In this document: positions 52,229 through 64,000 of the stretch, piece after piece | Position numbering within the stretch: the stretch's first letter is position 1 | Layout: the number at the start of each line of letters is the position of its first letter | Source: an uncultured Gammaproteobacteria bacterium | Lineage (GTDB): Bacteria > Pseudomonadota > Gammaproteobacteria > Magnimaribacterales > D2472 | Assembly (NCBI GenBank): GCA_964523375.1 | Contig: CAZFYG010000002.1 | Coordinates: 1,988-65,987, forward strand | Length of the DNA: 64,000 nucleotides | Direction: 5' to 3' | Translations under genes and position numbers: made by a program | The notes under the pieces: generated by a model | What the model was told of the DNA's origin: nothing | Databases searched by the model: none | What the model saw: only the letters and a program-made list of their open reading frames with translations

Positions 52229-53385
52229 TATTTATCTTTAAGATTTACTATAGATTGCACAGATATTGCCTTATTTTTTCCAATAATACCAAGCTTTTCT
52301 GCTGTAGTTGCCTTTAGCCCTATTTTTGATTCAGGGATACCCAGAATTTCACTGAGACTCTTAAGAATATCGTTCCGGAATGGATTAATTTTTGGTTGCT
52401 CGCATATGATAGTTGAATCTATATTATGAATTTCCATACCAATTGATTCAATTTTATCTAAGCAGAGCTCAATTATTTTTTTGCTATCAAGTCCTTTATT
52501 GTTGATATCTTGATCCGAGAAAAATATACCTATATCTCCCAGCGCTGAAGCTCCTAAAATTGAATCGGCAATTGAATGAAGAAGCACATCCCCATCAGAA
52601 TGGGCAATAATACTATATTTACAAGGCACCCTAAAACCCCCTAGAGTTATGCCGTCACCCTCTTGATATCTATGAACGTCAAAACCAGTTCCTGTTCTTG
52701 TATTAAATTTTGATAACAGCCTTAGGTCGTCTTTGTAGGTAATTTTTATATTTGAGCTAGAACCAAGAATTCTACTTACATCAAAGCCACCATATTCCAA
52801 AGCAAACGACTCATCTGGAACATCCACGTCCTCTGAAATACATAATTGTAATGATTTTTTTAAATCATGAAATTTGCATATTTGTGGTGTTTGCGCTAAA
52901 AAATATTCATTTTTATTAACTGTTCCTAGCTCTTTCGATCTAAGTGACTCTGAAATTGGAATATATGGGAAAGAGCCAGAAGATTTGCTTTCCATTAAAT
53001 TCTTTAATAATTCATTTATGATTGTATAAGAAAAATTAGGCCTTGCTGCATCATGAATTAAAACATAATCATAGCCATCTGCGCATTCATGATTCAAAGC
53101 ATTATTAACGGATTCTGCTCTTGTGGAGCCACCGTTTATAAATTGTATAGTTTCATTTTTATAAAAATCTTGATTTTTAATATAGCTATCACCCTCTGAA
53201 ATAACAATTATAAGCCTATCAATTACTTTTGACTTAAGCAGCTCATTAACGGTGTTCTCGATAACAGAAAATGCATTCAATTTGGCATATTGTTTTGGTT
53301 TTCTTTCACCAAATCTATGCCCTATTCCAGCAGCAGGAATAACAGCTAAGATTCGATTATTTTTCATCATCCTTTTTCTTTTCAA
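52228..53385 (-). CDS. ispDF: bifunctional IspD/IspF (CDP-ME cytidylyltransferase fused to MEcPP synthase)
   Basis: 385 aa. The N-terminal roughly 230 aa are IspD (ILAVIPAAGIGHRFG, VLIHDAARP). The C-terminal roughly 155 aa (about nt 52228..52698) are IspF (GTGFDVHRY, IAHSDGDVLLHSIADSILGA, ATTAEKLG). It is a single uninterrupted ORF. Alternative starts lie at 53370 and 53367. Confidence 0.9.
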   Translation of the reverse strand: MKRKRMMKNNRILAVIPAAGIGHRFGERKPKQYAKLNAFSVIENTVNELLKSKVIDRLIIVISEGDSYIKNQDFYKNETIQFINGGSTRAESVNNALNHECADGYDYVLIHDAARPNFSYTIINELLKNLMESKSSGSFPYIPISESLRSKELGTVNKNEYFLAQTPQICKFHDLKKSLQLCISEDVDVPDESFALEYGGFDVSRILGSSSNIKITYKDDLRLLSKFNTRTGTGFDVHRYQEGDGITLGGFRVPCKYSIIAHSDGDVLLHSIADSILGASALGDIGIFFSDQDINNKGLDSKKIIELCLDKIESIGMEIHNIDSTIICEQPKINPFRNDILKSLSEILGIPESKIGLKATTAEKLGIIGKNKAISVQSIVNLKDK

Positions 53386-53656
53386 AGCTTATAAACTCCT
53401 CATCTGGATAGGTTAAGCCCAATCTTTCTCTAGCAAAGTTTTCAATATGCTCATCAGAGCTTTGCGCACTTTGAATTTCAAGAATTAAAATATCATTTTT
53501 TAACTTTAACTGATTATTTTTAATATGCTGAATGTTGTTGTTGTTATCAAGACTTTTCTTTTGTGCATAGCTATTATCACCAAAAAAAATTGAGTAGCCT
53601 AAACCAAAAGAAGTTAATATTAAAAGGATTGCGATTAGGTTAATTGTCCTTGTCAT
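53357..53656 (-). CDS. ftsB: cell division protein FtsB
   Basis: 99 aa with an N-terminal TM, a coiled coil ([16 protein letters not shown]) and ARERLGL. eno-ftsB-ispD synteny is conserved. Confidence 0.8.
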   Translation of the reverse strand: MTRTINLIAILLILTSFGLGYSIFFGDNSYAQKKSLDNNNNIQHIKNNQLKLKNDILILEIQSAQSSDEHIENFARERLGLTYPDEEFISFEKKKDDEK

Positions 53657-54927
53657 TCAGGAAAACTAAAATTATTATTTTCCTCTTCAATCCATAATAT
53701 GCGATTATATTTTGCCACTCTATCTGATCTGCAGGGAGCTCCAGTTTTAATTTGACCAGCACCAAGACCAATTGCCAAGTCCGCAATTGTTGTGTCTTCT
53801 GTTTCACCTGATCTATGAGATATTATTGATTTGTAGTTGTTTGAATTTGCTAAATGTATTGTTTCTATAGTCTCTGTAATAGTGCCTATTTGATTAAATT
53901 TTATTAAAATAGAGTTTGCGAGGCCTTGTTCGATTCCGGTTTTAAAAATATTTTTGTTTGTTACAAAAAGATCATCTCCCACAAGTTGACATTTATGGCC
54001 AATTCTATCAGTTAACTCTTTCCAGCCATCAAAATCGTTTTCATCCATGCCATCCTCTATGGATATGATGGGATATTTTTCGGCAAGCTCTTCCAAATAA
54101 GAAACAAACTCTGACGATGATAGGCTTCTTCCTTCGCCTTTAAGGTTATATTTTCTTCCATCAAAAAACTCGCTTGCTGCGCAGTCTAGCGCAAGAAATA
54201 CATCTTTTCCTGGAACAAGGCCTGAGTGCTTAATTGCATCTAATATTAAAGTCAAAGCCTCTTCGTTAGACTTAAGATTGGGAGCGAAACCACCCTCATC
54301 ACCAACAGCTGTCGATAGAGATTTATTCTTTAGAATATTTTTTAGATTCCAGTAAATCTCACTTGACCATCTCATTGCTTCATGAAAAGTTGAGGCATTA
54401 AAAGGGATTATCATAAATTCTTGAATGTCTATATTATTATCAGCATGCTCGCCACCATTAAGAATATTCAACATTGGCATAGGAAGATTTGGTTCAACAC
54501 TTAACCCAGTTATATCAGAGTATACGTCATGAAAATGTTGATGCAGTGACACATTTCTTTTCTTTGCAGCAACATGAGAAACAGCCAATGAAACTGCCAG
54601 AATAGCATTTGCTCCAAGATTTGATTTATCATCCGTGCCATCTAGATCAATTAATTTTTTATCTATGAGCTCTTGATCCTCAGGGTTTAGATTTTTTAGA
54701 AGAGGGCTTATAAGGTTATTGATATTATTTACAGCCTTAATAACCCCTTTTCCCATAAATGCACTATCGCCATCTCTTAGCTCTAAAGCTTCTTTAGTTC
54801 CAGTAGATGCTCCACTAGGAACAATAGCGCTTGCCTCTATTCCACAGCTAAGTATTACTTTGCATGATACTGTTGGGAGACCTCTAGAATCTAAAACTTG
54901 AATAGCTTTTATGGAATTAATACTCAT
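53653..54927 (-). CDS. eno: enolase
   Basis: 424 aa. Contains [10 protein letters not shown] and [18 protein letters not shown]. Confidence 0.97.
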   Translation of the reverse strand: MSINSIKAIQVLDSRGLPTVSCKVILSCGIEASAIVPSGASTGTKEALELRDGDSAFMGKGVIKAVNNINNLISPLLKNLNPEDQELIDKKLIDLDGTDDKSNLGANAILAVSLAVSHVAAKKRNVSLHQHFHDVYSDITGLSVEPNLPMPMLNILNGGEHADNNIDIQEFMIIPFNASTFHEAMRWSSEIYWNLKNILKNKSLSTAVGDEGGFAPNLKSNEEALTLILDAIKHSGLVPGKDVFLALDCAASEFFDGRKYNLKGEGRSLSSSEFVSYLEELAEKYPIISIEDGMDENDFDGWKELTDRIGHKCQLVGDDLFVTNKNIFKTGIEQGLANSILIKFNQIGTITETIETIHLANSNNYKSIISHRSGETEDTTIADLAIGLGAGQIKTGAPCRSDRVAKYNRILWIEEENNNFSFPE

Positions 54928-54932
54928 AATTA

Positions 54933-57399
<2,467 letters not shown>

Positions 57400-57471
57400 T
57401 TATCTCGGTTATGATGGGATAAAAGAATAACAGATAACAATGGATAGTTAAATGGAAATAATTAAATACGG

Positions 57472-58527
57472 TTAATTATGGTATGTTTTTTTCACTCTGG
57501 ATTTTATTCTAATCATTAGATCGTAAGATATTAAATCATTAGGTATTGTGATGTTATTAATGCTTGATTCTGGTGAAAAAATTTCACAGTAATCTCCAAT
57601 ATTACAGTTTGTATGATCAGAAATATCAACTGTTGTAAGGTCCATACTTATCTTGCCAAAGATTTTTGCTTTCTTTCCGTTCACAAGAACTGAAGTTCCG
57701 TCTTTTATATTTTGCGCTAAGCCGTCTGCATAACCAATGTAAACAGTAGCAATTGTCATATCACAAATAGCTGTTGCTCTTCCATCATAGCCTACAGAAT
57801 CTCCCTTTTTGATCTTCCTGATATTAACAATTGGCGATCTTAGGGTCATTGCTGTTTTAAGCTCATGTGTTCCAATATAACCTCCAAAAATACCTATTCC
57901 ACATCTAACCCAATCATATGAATGATCTGGATAATTAAATATACAACCTGTATTTGCTATGCTCTTAGAAACTTCTCCAGAAAGTTGATCAAAAACATTA
58001 TTAAATCTAGCAAATTGCTCTTTGTTACTTTTATTTTCTGGGTTATTAGAAGCAGCTAAATGAGACATAAGGACTATTTTTTTATCTTTTAAATGCTCAT
58101 TATAAATTTGCAAAAAATCTTTTTCTTCGAAACCAAGCCTATTCATTCCAGTATTAATTTTAAACCAAAGATTATTGTAAAAATTATTCTTTTTGATTAA
58201 CTCAAATTGTTCTTTATTATGTATGACAAGATCGAGATTATGTTTTGTTGCGATTTCTAAATCACTCTCAGAATATACTCCTGTCATTAATAGGATTTTT
58301 TTATTAGATCTCTCCCTTATTCTTATTGCTTCATCTATTCGAACTGTTCCATACCCATCTACAGAGCAATCTATATGTTCCAATAAATTTTCCATGATGT
58401 GGCCATATGCATCAGATTTGATAACAGCCATAAAATGACTGTTATTTGGTATGAGAGTCTTAAGATATTTAATGTTCTCTTGAACTATAGATGGATCAAT
58501 GATTAGCTCTGATCTAAGTGATGTCAT
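57472..58527 (-). CDS. alr: alanine racemase
   Basis: 351 aa with the PLP-Lys motif AVIKSDAYGH and a C-terminal beta domain. dnaB-alr order is as in E. coli and Pseudomonas. Confidence 0.9.
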   Translation of the reverse strand: MTSLRSELIIDPSIVQENIKYLKTLIPNNSHFMAVIKSDAYGHIMENLLEHIDCSVDGYGTVRIDEAIRIRERSNKKILLMTGVYSESDLEIATKHNLDLVIHNKEQFELIKKNNFYNNLWFKINTGMNRLGFEEKDFLQIYNEHLKDKKIVLMSHLAASNNPENKSNKEQFARFNNVFDQLSGEVSKSIANTGCIFNYPDHSYDWVRCGIGIFGGYIGTHELKTAMTLRSPIVNIRKIKKGDSVGYDGRATAICDMTIATVYIGYADGLAQNIKDGTSVLVNGKKAKIFGKISMDLTTVDISDHTNCNIGDYCEIFSPESSINNITIPNDLISYDLMIRIKSRVKKTYHN

Positions 58528-59891
58528 TCAAATGAATCATAGAAGCCATCATTAGAAAAATTTTCAAATCTTGTATATTCTTTTAAGAATGTTAAATGAA
58601 CCGTACCTATTGGACCATTCCTTTGTTTGCCAATAATAATCTCAGCTTTATTACCCTGCTCTGAGTCTTCGTTATAAACCTCATCTCTATAAATAAATAA
58701 TATTACATCGGCATCCTGTTCAATTGCACCTGAGTCTCTTAAATCAGCCATTATTGGTCTTTTATTTGGACGCTGCTCAACGGCACGATTTAGCTGAGAA
58801 AGGGCAATAACAGGGACATTGAGCTCTTTAGCAAGAGATTTCAAGGCCCTTGAGATTTCTGATATTTGATTAACACGATTCTCAGCAGATGAAGGAAGTT
58901 GCATTAACTGAAGATAATCAACAACTATTAATGATAATCCTCCTTCAGATCTTGCCAATCTTCTTGCTTTTGCTCTAAGCTCCATTGGGCTAAGTAATGA
59001 GCTATCATCAATCCATAAAGGCATATTCTTCAGCCTCTCTCCTTCTTGCAAAAGAATCTTAAGTTGATCATCACGTAACATACCTGACCTAACATTTTGC
59101 TGATCAAGTTTACACATACCAGACAACATTCTAGTTGTTAATGATTCGCCTGGCATCTCTAAACTAAAAATAAGAACAGCACCTTCTGTATCATCGTTAA
59201 CTAAAACATTTTCTGCAATATTCATAGCAAATGAAGTTTTACCCATACTTGGTCTTCCGGCAACAATAATTAGATCTCCATCTTGAATGCCTTGAAGCTT
59301 CTTATCAAGATCTTTAAACCCTGTAGATGCACCTATGAGACCACCCTTTTTATTTGAAAGCTCATGAAGTCTATCCATAGTGGATGGAATAAGCTCTTTC
59401 ATAGATTGTAAAGAAGAATCATTCTGGCTGGTTTCATCATTAAGAGCAAATATCAATCTTTCAGCATGATCTAATAACGCCTCACCATTTTGACCTTGTG
59501 GGTTGTTAATAAGCTCAGTAATTTCTGAATTTGCCTGCATCAATTTTCTAGAAATTGATCGTTGTCTAATTATTTCTGCATATGCTTCAAGATTTGCAGC
59601 TGAGGGTGTTGATGTTGCTAATTCTATTAAGTAGTTTTTACCACCAACTCTATTTAAATTATTACTATTATCTAATTTCTCAGATACAGTTAATGGATCT
59701 AAAGGCTTGTTTTCATTAACAAGCTCTGCCATGGATTCAAAGATAATTTGATGATCTTTACCCTGAAAATCAACTTCAGTTATAACTTGTATTACAGTAT
59801 CAAACCTATGAGTCTCAAGCATTAGGCCACCTAGAACGGCTCTCTCAGCCTCTCTAGCTTGATTATTTTGATCTATTGGTATATCTGTCAT
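58524..59891 (-). CDS. dnaB: replicative DNA helicase DnaB
   Basis: 455 aa. Contains AERAVLGGLM, Walker A GRPSMGKTSFA, and QLSR...RPIMADLRDSGAIEQDAD. Confidence 0.97.
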   Translation of the reverse strand: MTDIPIDQNNQAREAERAVLGGLMLETHRFDTVIQVITEVDFQGKDHQIIFESMAELVNENKPLDPLTVSEKLDNSNNLNRVGGKNYLIELATSTPSAANLEAYAEIIRQRSISRKLMQANSEITELINNPQGQNGEALLDHAERLIFALNDETSQNDSSLQSMKELIPSTMDRLHELSNKKGGLIGASTGFKDLDKKLQGIQDGDLIIVAGRPSMGKTSFAMNIAENVLVNDDTEGAVLIFSLEMPGESLTTRMLSGMCKLDQQNVRSGMLRDDQLKILLQEGERLKNMPLWIDDSSLLSPMELRAKARRLARSEGGLSLIVVDYLQLMQLPSSAENRVNQISEISRALKSLAKELNVPVIALSQLNRAVEQRPNKRPIMADLRDSGAIEQDADVILFIYRDEVYNEDSEQGNKAEIIIGKQRNGPIGTVHLTFLKEYTRFENFSNDGFYDSFE

Positions 59892-59929
59892 AAGAATATG
59901 ATTTTTACATCATATTTTAAAATAAACAA

Positions 59930-60376
59930 CTATTCAGCTAATACTTTAACCACTACGTTTGCAGAAACCTCTGGATGAACGCTAATTGTAATATTATGAT
60001 CGCCTTGTTCTTTAATGGGTCCACCAGAAAGTTGAACTTCACTTTTGTCTATTTCAATTCCGTTATTTGTAAACGCTTCAGCTATTTCTCTAGTGCCAAC
60101 TGAGCCGTATAAAGCGCCCTCTTCAGTCACCGGAACATGTATTTCACAAGATGAGCCTTCTATAGACTCTGATCTAGCTGTTGCTTGAGTAAGTTGATCA
60201 GCTGAGGCTGCTGCTAGCTCTTCTTTTCTTGACTCTACTTCTTCGATATTTCTATCACTTGCAAATGCTGCTTTTTTTTGTGGTATTAAGAAGTTTCTGG
60301 CATAGCCTGAATTTACTTCAACTACATCTCCTATTTCACCAAGTCTTTGAATTTTGTCTAATAGTATTATTTTCAT
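59930..60376 (-). CDS. rplI: 50S ribosomal protein L9
   Basis: 148 aa starting MKIILLDKIQRLGEIGDVVEVNSGYARNFLIPQ. Confidence 0.95.
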   Translation of the reverse strand: MKIILLDKIQRLGEIGDVVEVNSGYARNFLIPQKKAAFASDRNIEEVESRKEELAAASADQLTQATARSESIEGSSCEIHVPVTEEGALYGSVGTREIAEAFTNNGIEIDKSEVQLSGGPIKEQGDHNITISVHPEVSANVVVKVLAE

Positions 60377-60385
60377 GATGTTCTC

Positions 60386-60580
60386 TTATTGATGCATGTC
60401 AGTGTAAGGCAAGAGAGCCAAAAATCTAGCTATCTTAACGGATTTAGTAACTTTTCTTTGATTAGAGGCTGTAATACCAGTAACTCTTGCTGGCATTATT
60501 TTTCCAGTTTCAGTTATGAATTGTTTTAGTAGGTCAGTATTTTTATAATCGAATTTTTTTGGTAGATCAAATTTACTCAT
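60386..60580 (-). CDS. rpsR: 30S ribosomal protein S18 (short N-terminus)
   Basis: 64 aa. [54 protein letters not shown] is collinear with E. coli S18 residues about 20-75. Confidence 0.9.
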   Translation of the reverse strand: MSKFDLPKKFDYKNTDLLKQFITETGKIMPARVTGITASNQRKVTKSVKIARFLALLPYTDMHQ

Positions 60581-60975
60581 TACTTATCTCCTCTTTTTGT
60601 TCTTTCAGATGTGTCCTTTCTTTGGGATGTCTCATTAATATCTGATCTTTTGTTTTTAGATTCAACCATGAGCACTGACTCTTCCTCAGAATGACTAGTA
60701 ACAACTAAAATAATATGGCGAATAATTGACTCGTTATATTTAATTTTTGTTTCAATTTCTAGCAGCTTACTTGGATCACCTTCAAGATTCATCAATAAAT
60801 AGTGGCCTTTATTGTGGTTGTTAATTGAATAGGCAAGTTGACGTCTACCAATATCTTCAAGCTTAGTAACTTTAAAAGAATTTTCAGATAAAAGCTGATT
60901 GAATTCGGTTTTGAACTCGTCTACTTTAGATGACAGATTTGGATTTAATATCAGGACGGCTTCGTATTTTTTCAT
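60580..60975 (-). CDS. rpsF: 30S ribosomal protein S6
   Basis: 131 aa. Contains [12 protein letters not shown] and GRRQLAY.I, plus an acidic/basic tail. There is a 1-nt overlap with rpsR. Confidence 0.93.
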   Translation of the reverse strand: MKKYEAVLILNPNLSSKVDEFKTEFNQLLSENSFKVTKLEDIGRRQLAYSINNHNKGHYLLMNLEGDPSKLLEIETKIKYNESIIRHIILVVTSHSEEESVLMVESKNKRSDINETSQRKDTSERTKRGDK

Positions 60976-61057
60976 ATTGTTCCCTTTGGGTTAAAGATTT
61001 AAGCTTTTATTAGCGTAAACCAAGGAAGGTGCATTCTAATGGAATTAATTTTTAGAA

Positions 61058-62281
61058 TCAATACTCACTTTTAACTATTTTTAATAGCTTAGACCATAGA
61101 GTTTGATTGCTTTCTGCAACTAAATCTGAGGTTAATTGATTATGACCATGCTCCACAAGCCCAATAGAGGTTGAATATATTGGATTTTGTAAAACCCTTT
61201 CCATGCCAACAAAATTATTAGGTACTCCGAGCCTTACGCTGGTTTGAAAAATTGACTCTGCAAGCTCAACAACTCCCTCTATCTTGGAAGTACCTCCGGT
61301 GAAAACGACACCGGCCGGTATCTTGTCATCAAAACCATTTCTAGATATTTCTGCCTTAATTAATTCAAATAGTTCGACATAGCGCGGTTCAATTATTTCT
61401 GCAAGAGATCTTCTTGAGAGCTCTCTTGGTGGCCGCCCTCCAACGCCTGGGACTTCAATGCTTTCGTCATCGTTGGTAAATTCAGCAACAGAACAACCAT
61501 GTTTTTGTTTTATTTCCTCTGCTTGTGGTGTGGGAGTTCTTAATGCTTGTGCAATATCGCTTGTGACTTGATCGCCAGCGATGGGGATGACTCCTGTATG
61601 AACAATTGAACCAGAATTGAATATCGCAATATCGGTAGTTCCACCTCCGATGTCAACTAAACACACACCAAGATCTTTTTCATCATCAGATAAAATGGAA
61701 TATGAGCTAGCTAATTGCTCTAACACAAATCCGTCTACAGACAATCCACAGTTTTTAACACATTTTTCAATATTTCTTAATGCACTATTAGAGCAGGTTA
61801 CAAGATGTACTCTCGCCTCTAGTCTTACTCCTGACATTCCTAGTGGCTCCTTAATACCATCTTGATCATCTATTACATATTCTTGAGGCAAAACATGCAA
61901 CACTTCTTGATCTGAAGGGATTGAGACAGATGATGCAGACTCAATAACTTTTTCAATATCAAATGGTTTAACTTCTTTATCTTTAATCCCAACTATCCCT
62001 TGGGAATTAATGCTTTTTATATGACTACCTGCCACTCCAACATAAATTGATTTAATCTTATCTTCTTGAATTGATTGAGCTTGTTCAACAGCTTTTTTTA
62101 TTGCATCAGTCGTAGCTTCTATATTAACAACTACTCCCTTTTTAAGACCACTCGATGGGTATGATCCAAGTGAGATAATTTCCAATTGGCCATTTTCATC
62201 TCTTGTGCCTACAATACATACAACCTTTGATGTTCCAATATCAAGCCCAACAACAATATTTGAATTTTTTGAATTACCCAT
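61058..62281 (-). CDS. ftsA: cell division protein FtsA
   Basis: 407 aa with actin-like ATPase motifs (VGLDIGTSKV, VDIGGGTTDIA) and a C-terminal amphipathic helix (LWSKLLKIVKSEY). Confidence 0.95.
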   Translation of the reverse strand: MGNSKNSNIVVGLDIGTSKVVCIVGTRDENGQLEIISLGSYPSSGLKKGVVVNIEATTDAIKKAVEQAQSIQEDKIKSIYVGVAGSHIKSINSQGIVGIKDKEVKPFDIEKVIESASSVSIPSDQEVLHVLPQEYVIDDQDGIKEPLGMSGVRLEARVHLVTCSNSALRNIEKCVKNCGLSVDGFVLEQLASSYSILSDDEKDLGVCLVDIGGGTTDIAIFNSGSIVHTGVIPIAGDQVTSDIAQALRTPTPQAEEIKQKHGCSVAEFTNDDESIEVPGVGGRPPRELSRRSLAEIIEPRYVELFELIKAEISRNGFDDKIPAGVVFTGGTSKIEGVVELAESIFQTSVRLGVPNNFVGMERVLQNPIYSTSIGLVEHGHNQLTSDLVAESNQTLWSKLLKIVKSEY

Positions 62282-62891
62282 TCTTTAATGCCACTCCATC
62301 TTTGTATCTTAAATCTATCATACTAGGTATTTTATTATTAATGCTCAAATAATCTAAGGTTTCTTTGAATAGTTTAAATTTTTTATCATTTAAGTTTTTA
62401 CCAAGCCTTATATCGGTCTTGCCAATACTCAATGCCCAGCCAGATATGTGATTGTATTGAACAAGGTCTAGAGTGTTAAAATTTTTTATATTATTGGTAT
62501 TTAGGAAGTTAATTATTTTTAAAACATTAGAAAGATCATCAATTTGCCCATTAACTCTCAGAATATTCTCATCACCAGATGAATGCTTGAATCTATTCAG
62601 GCTCTCATCAACATAAAAAATGTTATTTAAAATAAATAGGGGTTTTTTGGAGACAATATTAATTTCAATACTGTTTAAAAACGGTGATTTTCTAAGGGTG
62701 TAACCTTCTACCCAGTCTTGTTTGTCAATTAACAACGAGAATGAGGCCATTGAGTCTATAGTTTTAGCTTCATCTATGAATTCAAACTGTGATTTAAATT
62801 TAGGCTTATCTTCAAAAGAAATTTTAATGTCAAAATTTGTAAAAGCATTGATGCTTAAAAATATTAAAAATAAAAGTCTATTTTTTTGCAT
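62274..62891 (-). CDS. ftsQ: cell division protein FtsQ (short form)
   Basis: 205 aa with an N-terminal TM, a POTRA-like segment and a beta domain. Position is between ddl and ftsA. Sequence similarity is weak, so the call is mainly by synteny. Confidence 0.7.
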   Translation of the reverse strand: MQKNRLLFLIFLSINAFTNFDIKISFEDKPKFKSQFEFIDEAKTIDSMASFSLLIDKQDWVEGYTLRKSPFLNSIEINIVSKKPLFILNNIFYVDESLNRFKHSSGDENILRVNGQIDDLSNVLKIINFLNTNNIKNFNTLDLVQYNHISGWALSIGKTDIRLGKNLNDKKFKLFKETLDYLSINNKIPSMIDLRYKDGVALKNG

Positions 62892-63807
62892 TTATTATTT
62901 TTTTTACTAGCTGTAAGTAAGAAATATCTATTAATTTTGCTGCCTTAGGAACACAGCTATGTGATGTCATTCCTGGAGCTGAATTTATCTCAATTATAAA
63001 AAATTTTCCGTCTCTATTCTGCATAAAATCAATACGAGCCCAGCCAAAACAATCTAGCGCATTAAATGCATTTAGAGCCATTTTTTTTAATTCTTTTAAC
63101 TCGATTTCATTTAGATTAGCTTCAACAAGAGATGTATTATTTGAAATATATTTTGCATCATAGTCGTAAAATTTATTAGTTGTAATAATTTCTATTGGGG
63201 GCAAGCACTGCCCATCAAGAACTGAAACTGTAATTTCTTTTCCTACAATTAAGGTTTCAAATATAAATTCTCTATTCGCATTTGTGCATTTTGCTATAGC
63301 TTCTTCAAAATTAGATAAATTTGATATCTTGAAGATATCTATGCTTGAGCCCTCCTCTGAAGGCTTTACAAAAAACTCCTCGCCAACTTGAGAAACTACA
63401 TTATGGTATAGGTTTTCTAAACCATCTTCTAAAAATGCTTCGTGCAAATTATTTACAGCCATCCATTCTGGAGTTGCAATTTGTTTTGTAGATAAGATCT
63501 CTTTGCAAAGTCTTTTATTCCATGTCTTAGAACAAGCGTTTTGACCTGATCCAGTAAATTTTATATTTTTTTTAACAAGAAACTTTTGGAGTTCTCCGCC
63601 CTCTCCCTCGTGCCCATGAAGAGCAATAAAAGCAATATCATAAATATCTAAATTAGGAAGCTTTTGCAATGAAGTAAAGTCTACTAAGACTGCTTGAATT
63701 CCAGCTACTTCTAAACTATTTTTAACAGCTCTTCCGCTAATAAGGGAGATTTCTCTCTCAGCCGAGCTTCCTCCACAAATAACAACAACCTTTGTTATAT
63801 TGCCCAT
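62878..63807 (-). CDS. ddl: D-alanine--D-alanine ligase
   Basis: 309 aa. Contains VICGGSSAEREISL, LHGHEGEGG, and ATP-grasp motifs (FVKPSEEGSSIDI, IIEINSAPGMTSHS). Confidence 0.93.
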   Translation of the reverse strand: MGNITKVVVICGGSSAEREISLISGRAVKNSLEVAGIQAVLVDFTSLQKLPNLDIYDIAFIALHGHEGEGGELQKFLVKKNIKFTGSGQNACSKTWNKRLCKEILSTKQIATPEWMAVNNLHEAFLEDGLENLYHNVVSQVGEEFFVKPSEEGSSIDIFKISNLSNFEEAIAKCTNANREFIFETLIVGKEITVSVLDGQCLPPIEIITTNKFYDYDAKYISNNTSLVEANLNEIELKELKKMALNAFNALDCFGWARIDFMQNRDGKFFIIEINSAPGMTSHSCVPKAAKLIDISYLQLVKKIINAKK

Positions 63808-64000
63808 TTTTCTCTTATTGATTCACACACATTGGAAACACTGCCTGCTCCTTGTGTAACAAAAATATCAAAATTATTTGAATTTGATTCAATATAGTTA
63901 TTAATTTTGTCATGTGAGTTAATGTAATGGCAATTAAGATGCCCTATTTGTTTTAATGAGTGAACTAAAGATTTTGAATTAATGCCTTTTATTGGTTTTT
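63795..64000 (-). CDS. murC: UDP-N-acetylmuramate--L-alanine ligase, C-terminal end (5' part lies beyond the window)
   Basis: Not in the ORF track. Manual minus-strand translation ends ...TQGAGSVSNVCESIREKWAI* with the TAA at 63797..63795, overlapping the ddl start by 13 nt. The GAG(S/D)(V/I) C-terminal Mur-ligase motif and the murC-ddl-ftsQ-ftsA order support the call. Confidence 0.75.
   Translation of the reverse strand, partial: KPIKGINSKSLVHSLKQIGHLNCHYINSHDKINNYIESNSNNFDIFVTQGAGSVSNVCESIREKWAI

Noticed and set aside
59896-59917. Inverted repeat AATATGAT-ttttac-ATCATATT between rplI and dnaB, considered as a possible terminator or attenuator.
   Set aside because: The stem is 8 bp with a single G-C pair and has no U-tract. 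Its stability is probably negligible, and such palindromes are expected by chance in AT-rich spacers.
60580-60580. Absence of priB between rpsF and rpsR (E. coli has rpsF-priB-rpsR-rplI).
   Set aside because: rpsF-rpsR-rplI without priB is the common arrangement outside the Enterobacterales, as I recall it is in Pseudomonas. It is not unusual for this synteny type.
60976-61057. Possible rpsF 5' leader structure (S6:S18 autoregulatory motif) in CCTTGGTTTACGC...AACCCAAAGGG.
   Set aside because: The pairing is imperfect, and I cannot reproduce the published motif from memory well enough to score it. It needs a covariance-model search (Rfam) before it can be called.

Overview
The window is visibly AT-rich and extremely gene-dense; the largest intergenic gap is 144 nt. 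It looks like chromosomal core sequence from a streamlined gammaproteobacterium. I call 72 protein-coding genes (ileS and murC are cut by the window edges) plus one tRNA-Lys(UUU). 67 of the 72 CDS are on the minus strand. The content is housekeeping, arranged in blocks whose order matches Pseudomonas-type synteny as I remember it:
- ileS-ribF-murJ
- sdhCDAB-sucAB-lpdA-sucCD
- der-bamB-yfgM-hisS-ispG-rodZ-rlmN-ndk
- iscRSUA-fdx-iscX
- purC-bamC-dapA
- bcp, perM-like and bepA
- aspS-yebC-X-ybgC-tolQRAB-pal-cpoB-tRNALys
- proS
- recA and fdxA
- pyrG-kdsA-eno-ftsB-ispDF-surE-pcm
- rpsF-rpsR-rplI-dnaB-alr
- murC-ddl-ftsQ-ftsA

I found no transposase, integrase, prophage, CRISPR array, recognisable defence system or long repeat. 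What stands out is what sits at, or is missing from, ancestral positions:
1. A 141-aa Hjc-like PD-(D/E)XK nuclease occupies the slot where ruvC-ruvA-ruvB is expected.
2. hscBA is cleanly absent from the isc operon.
3. ProRS lacks its INS editing domain.
4. IspD and IspF are fused, and truD is missing.
5. nlpD-rpoS, mutS and recX are absent from their expected sites around pcm, fdxA and recA.
6. ftsA is not followed by ftsZ.

Two regulatory sites can be read directly. One is a near-consensus IscR type-1 box inside a TTGACT-16-TATAAT promoter that predicts a leaderless GTG-start iscR. The other is a consensus LexA SOS box in front of recA. Everything is based on reading the ORF translations, motifs and synteny from memory. 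No database search or computation was run.
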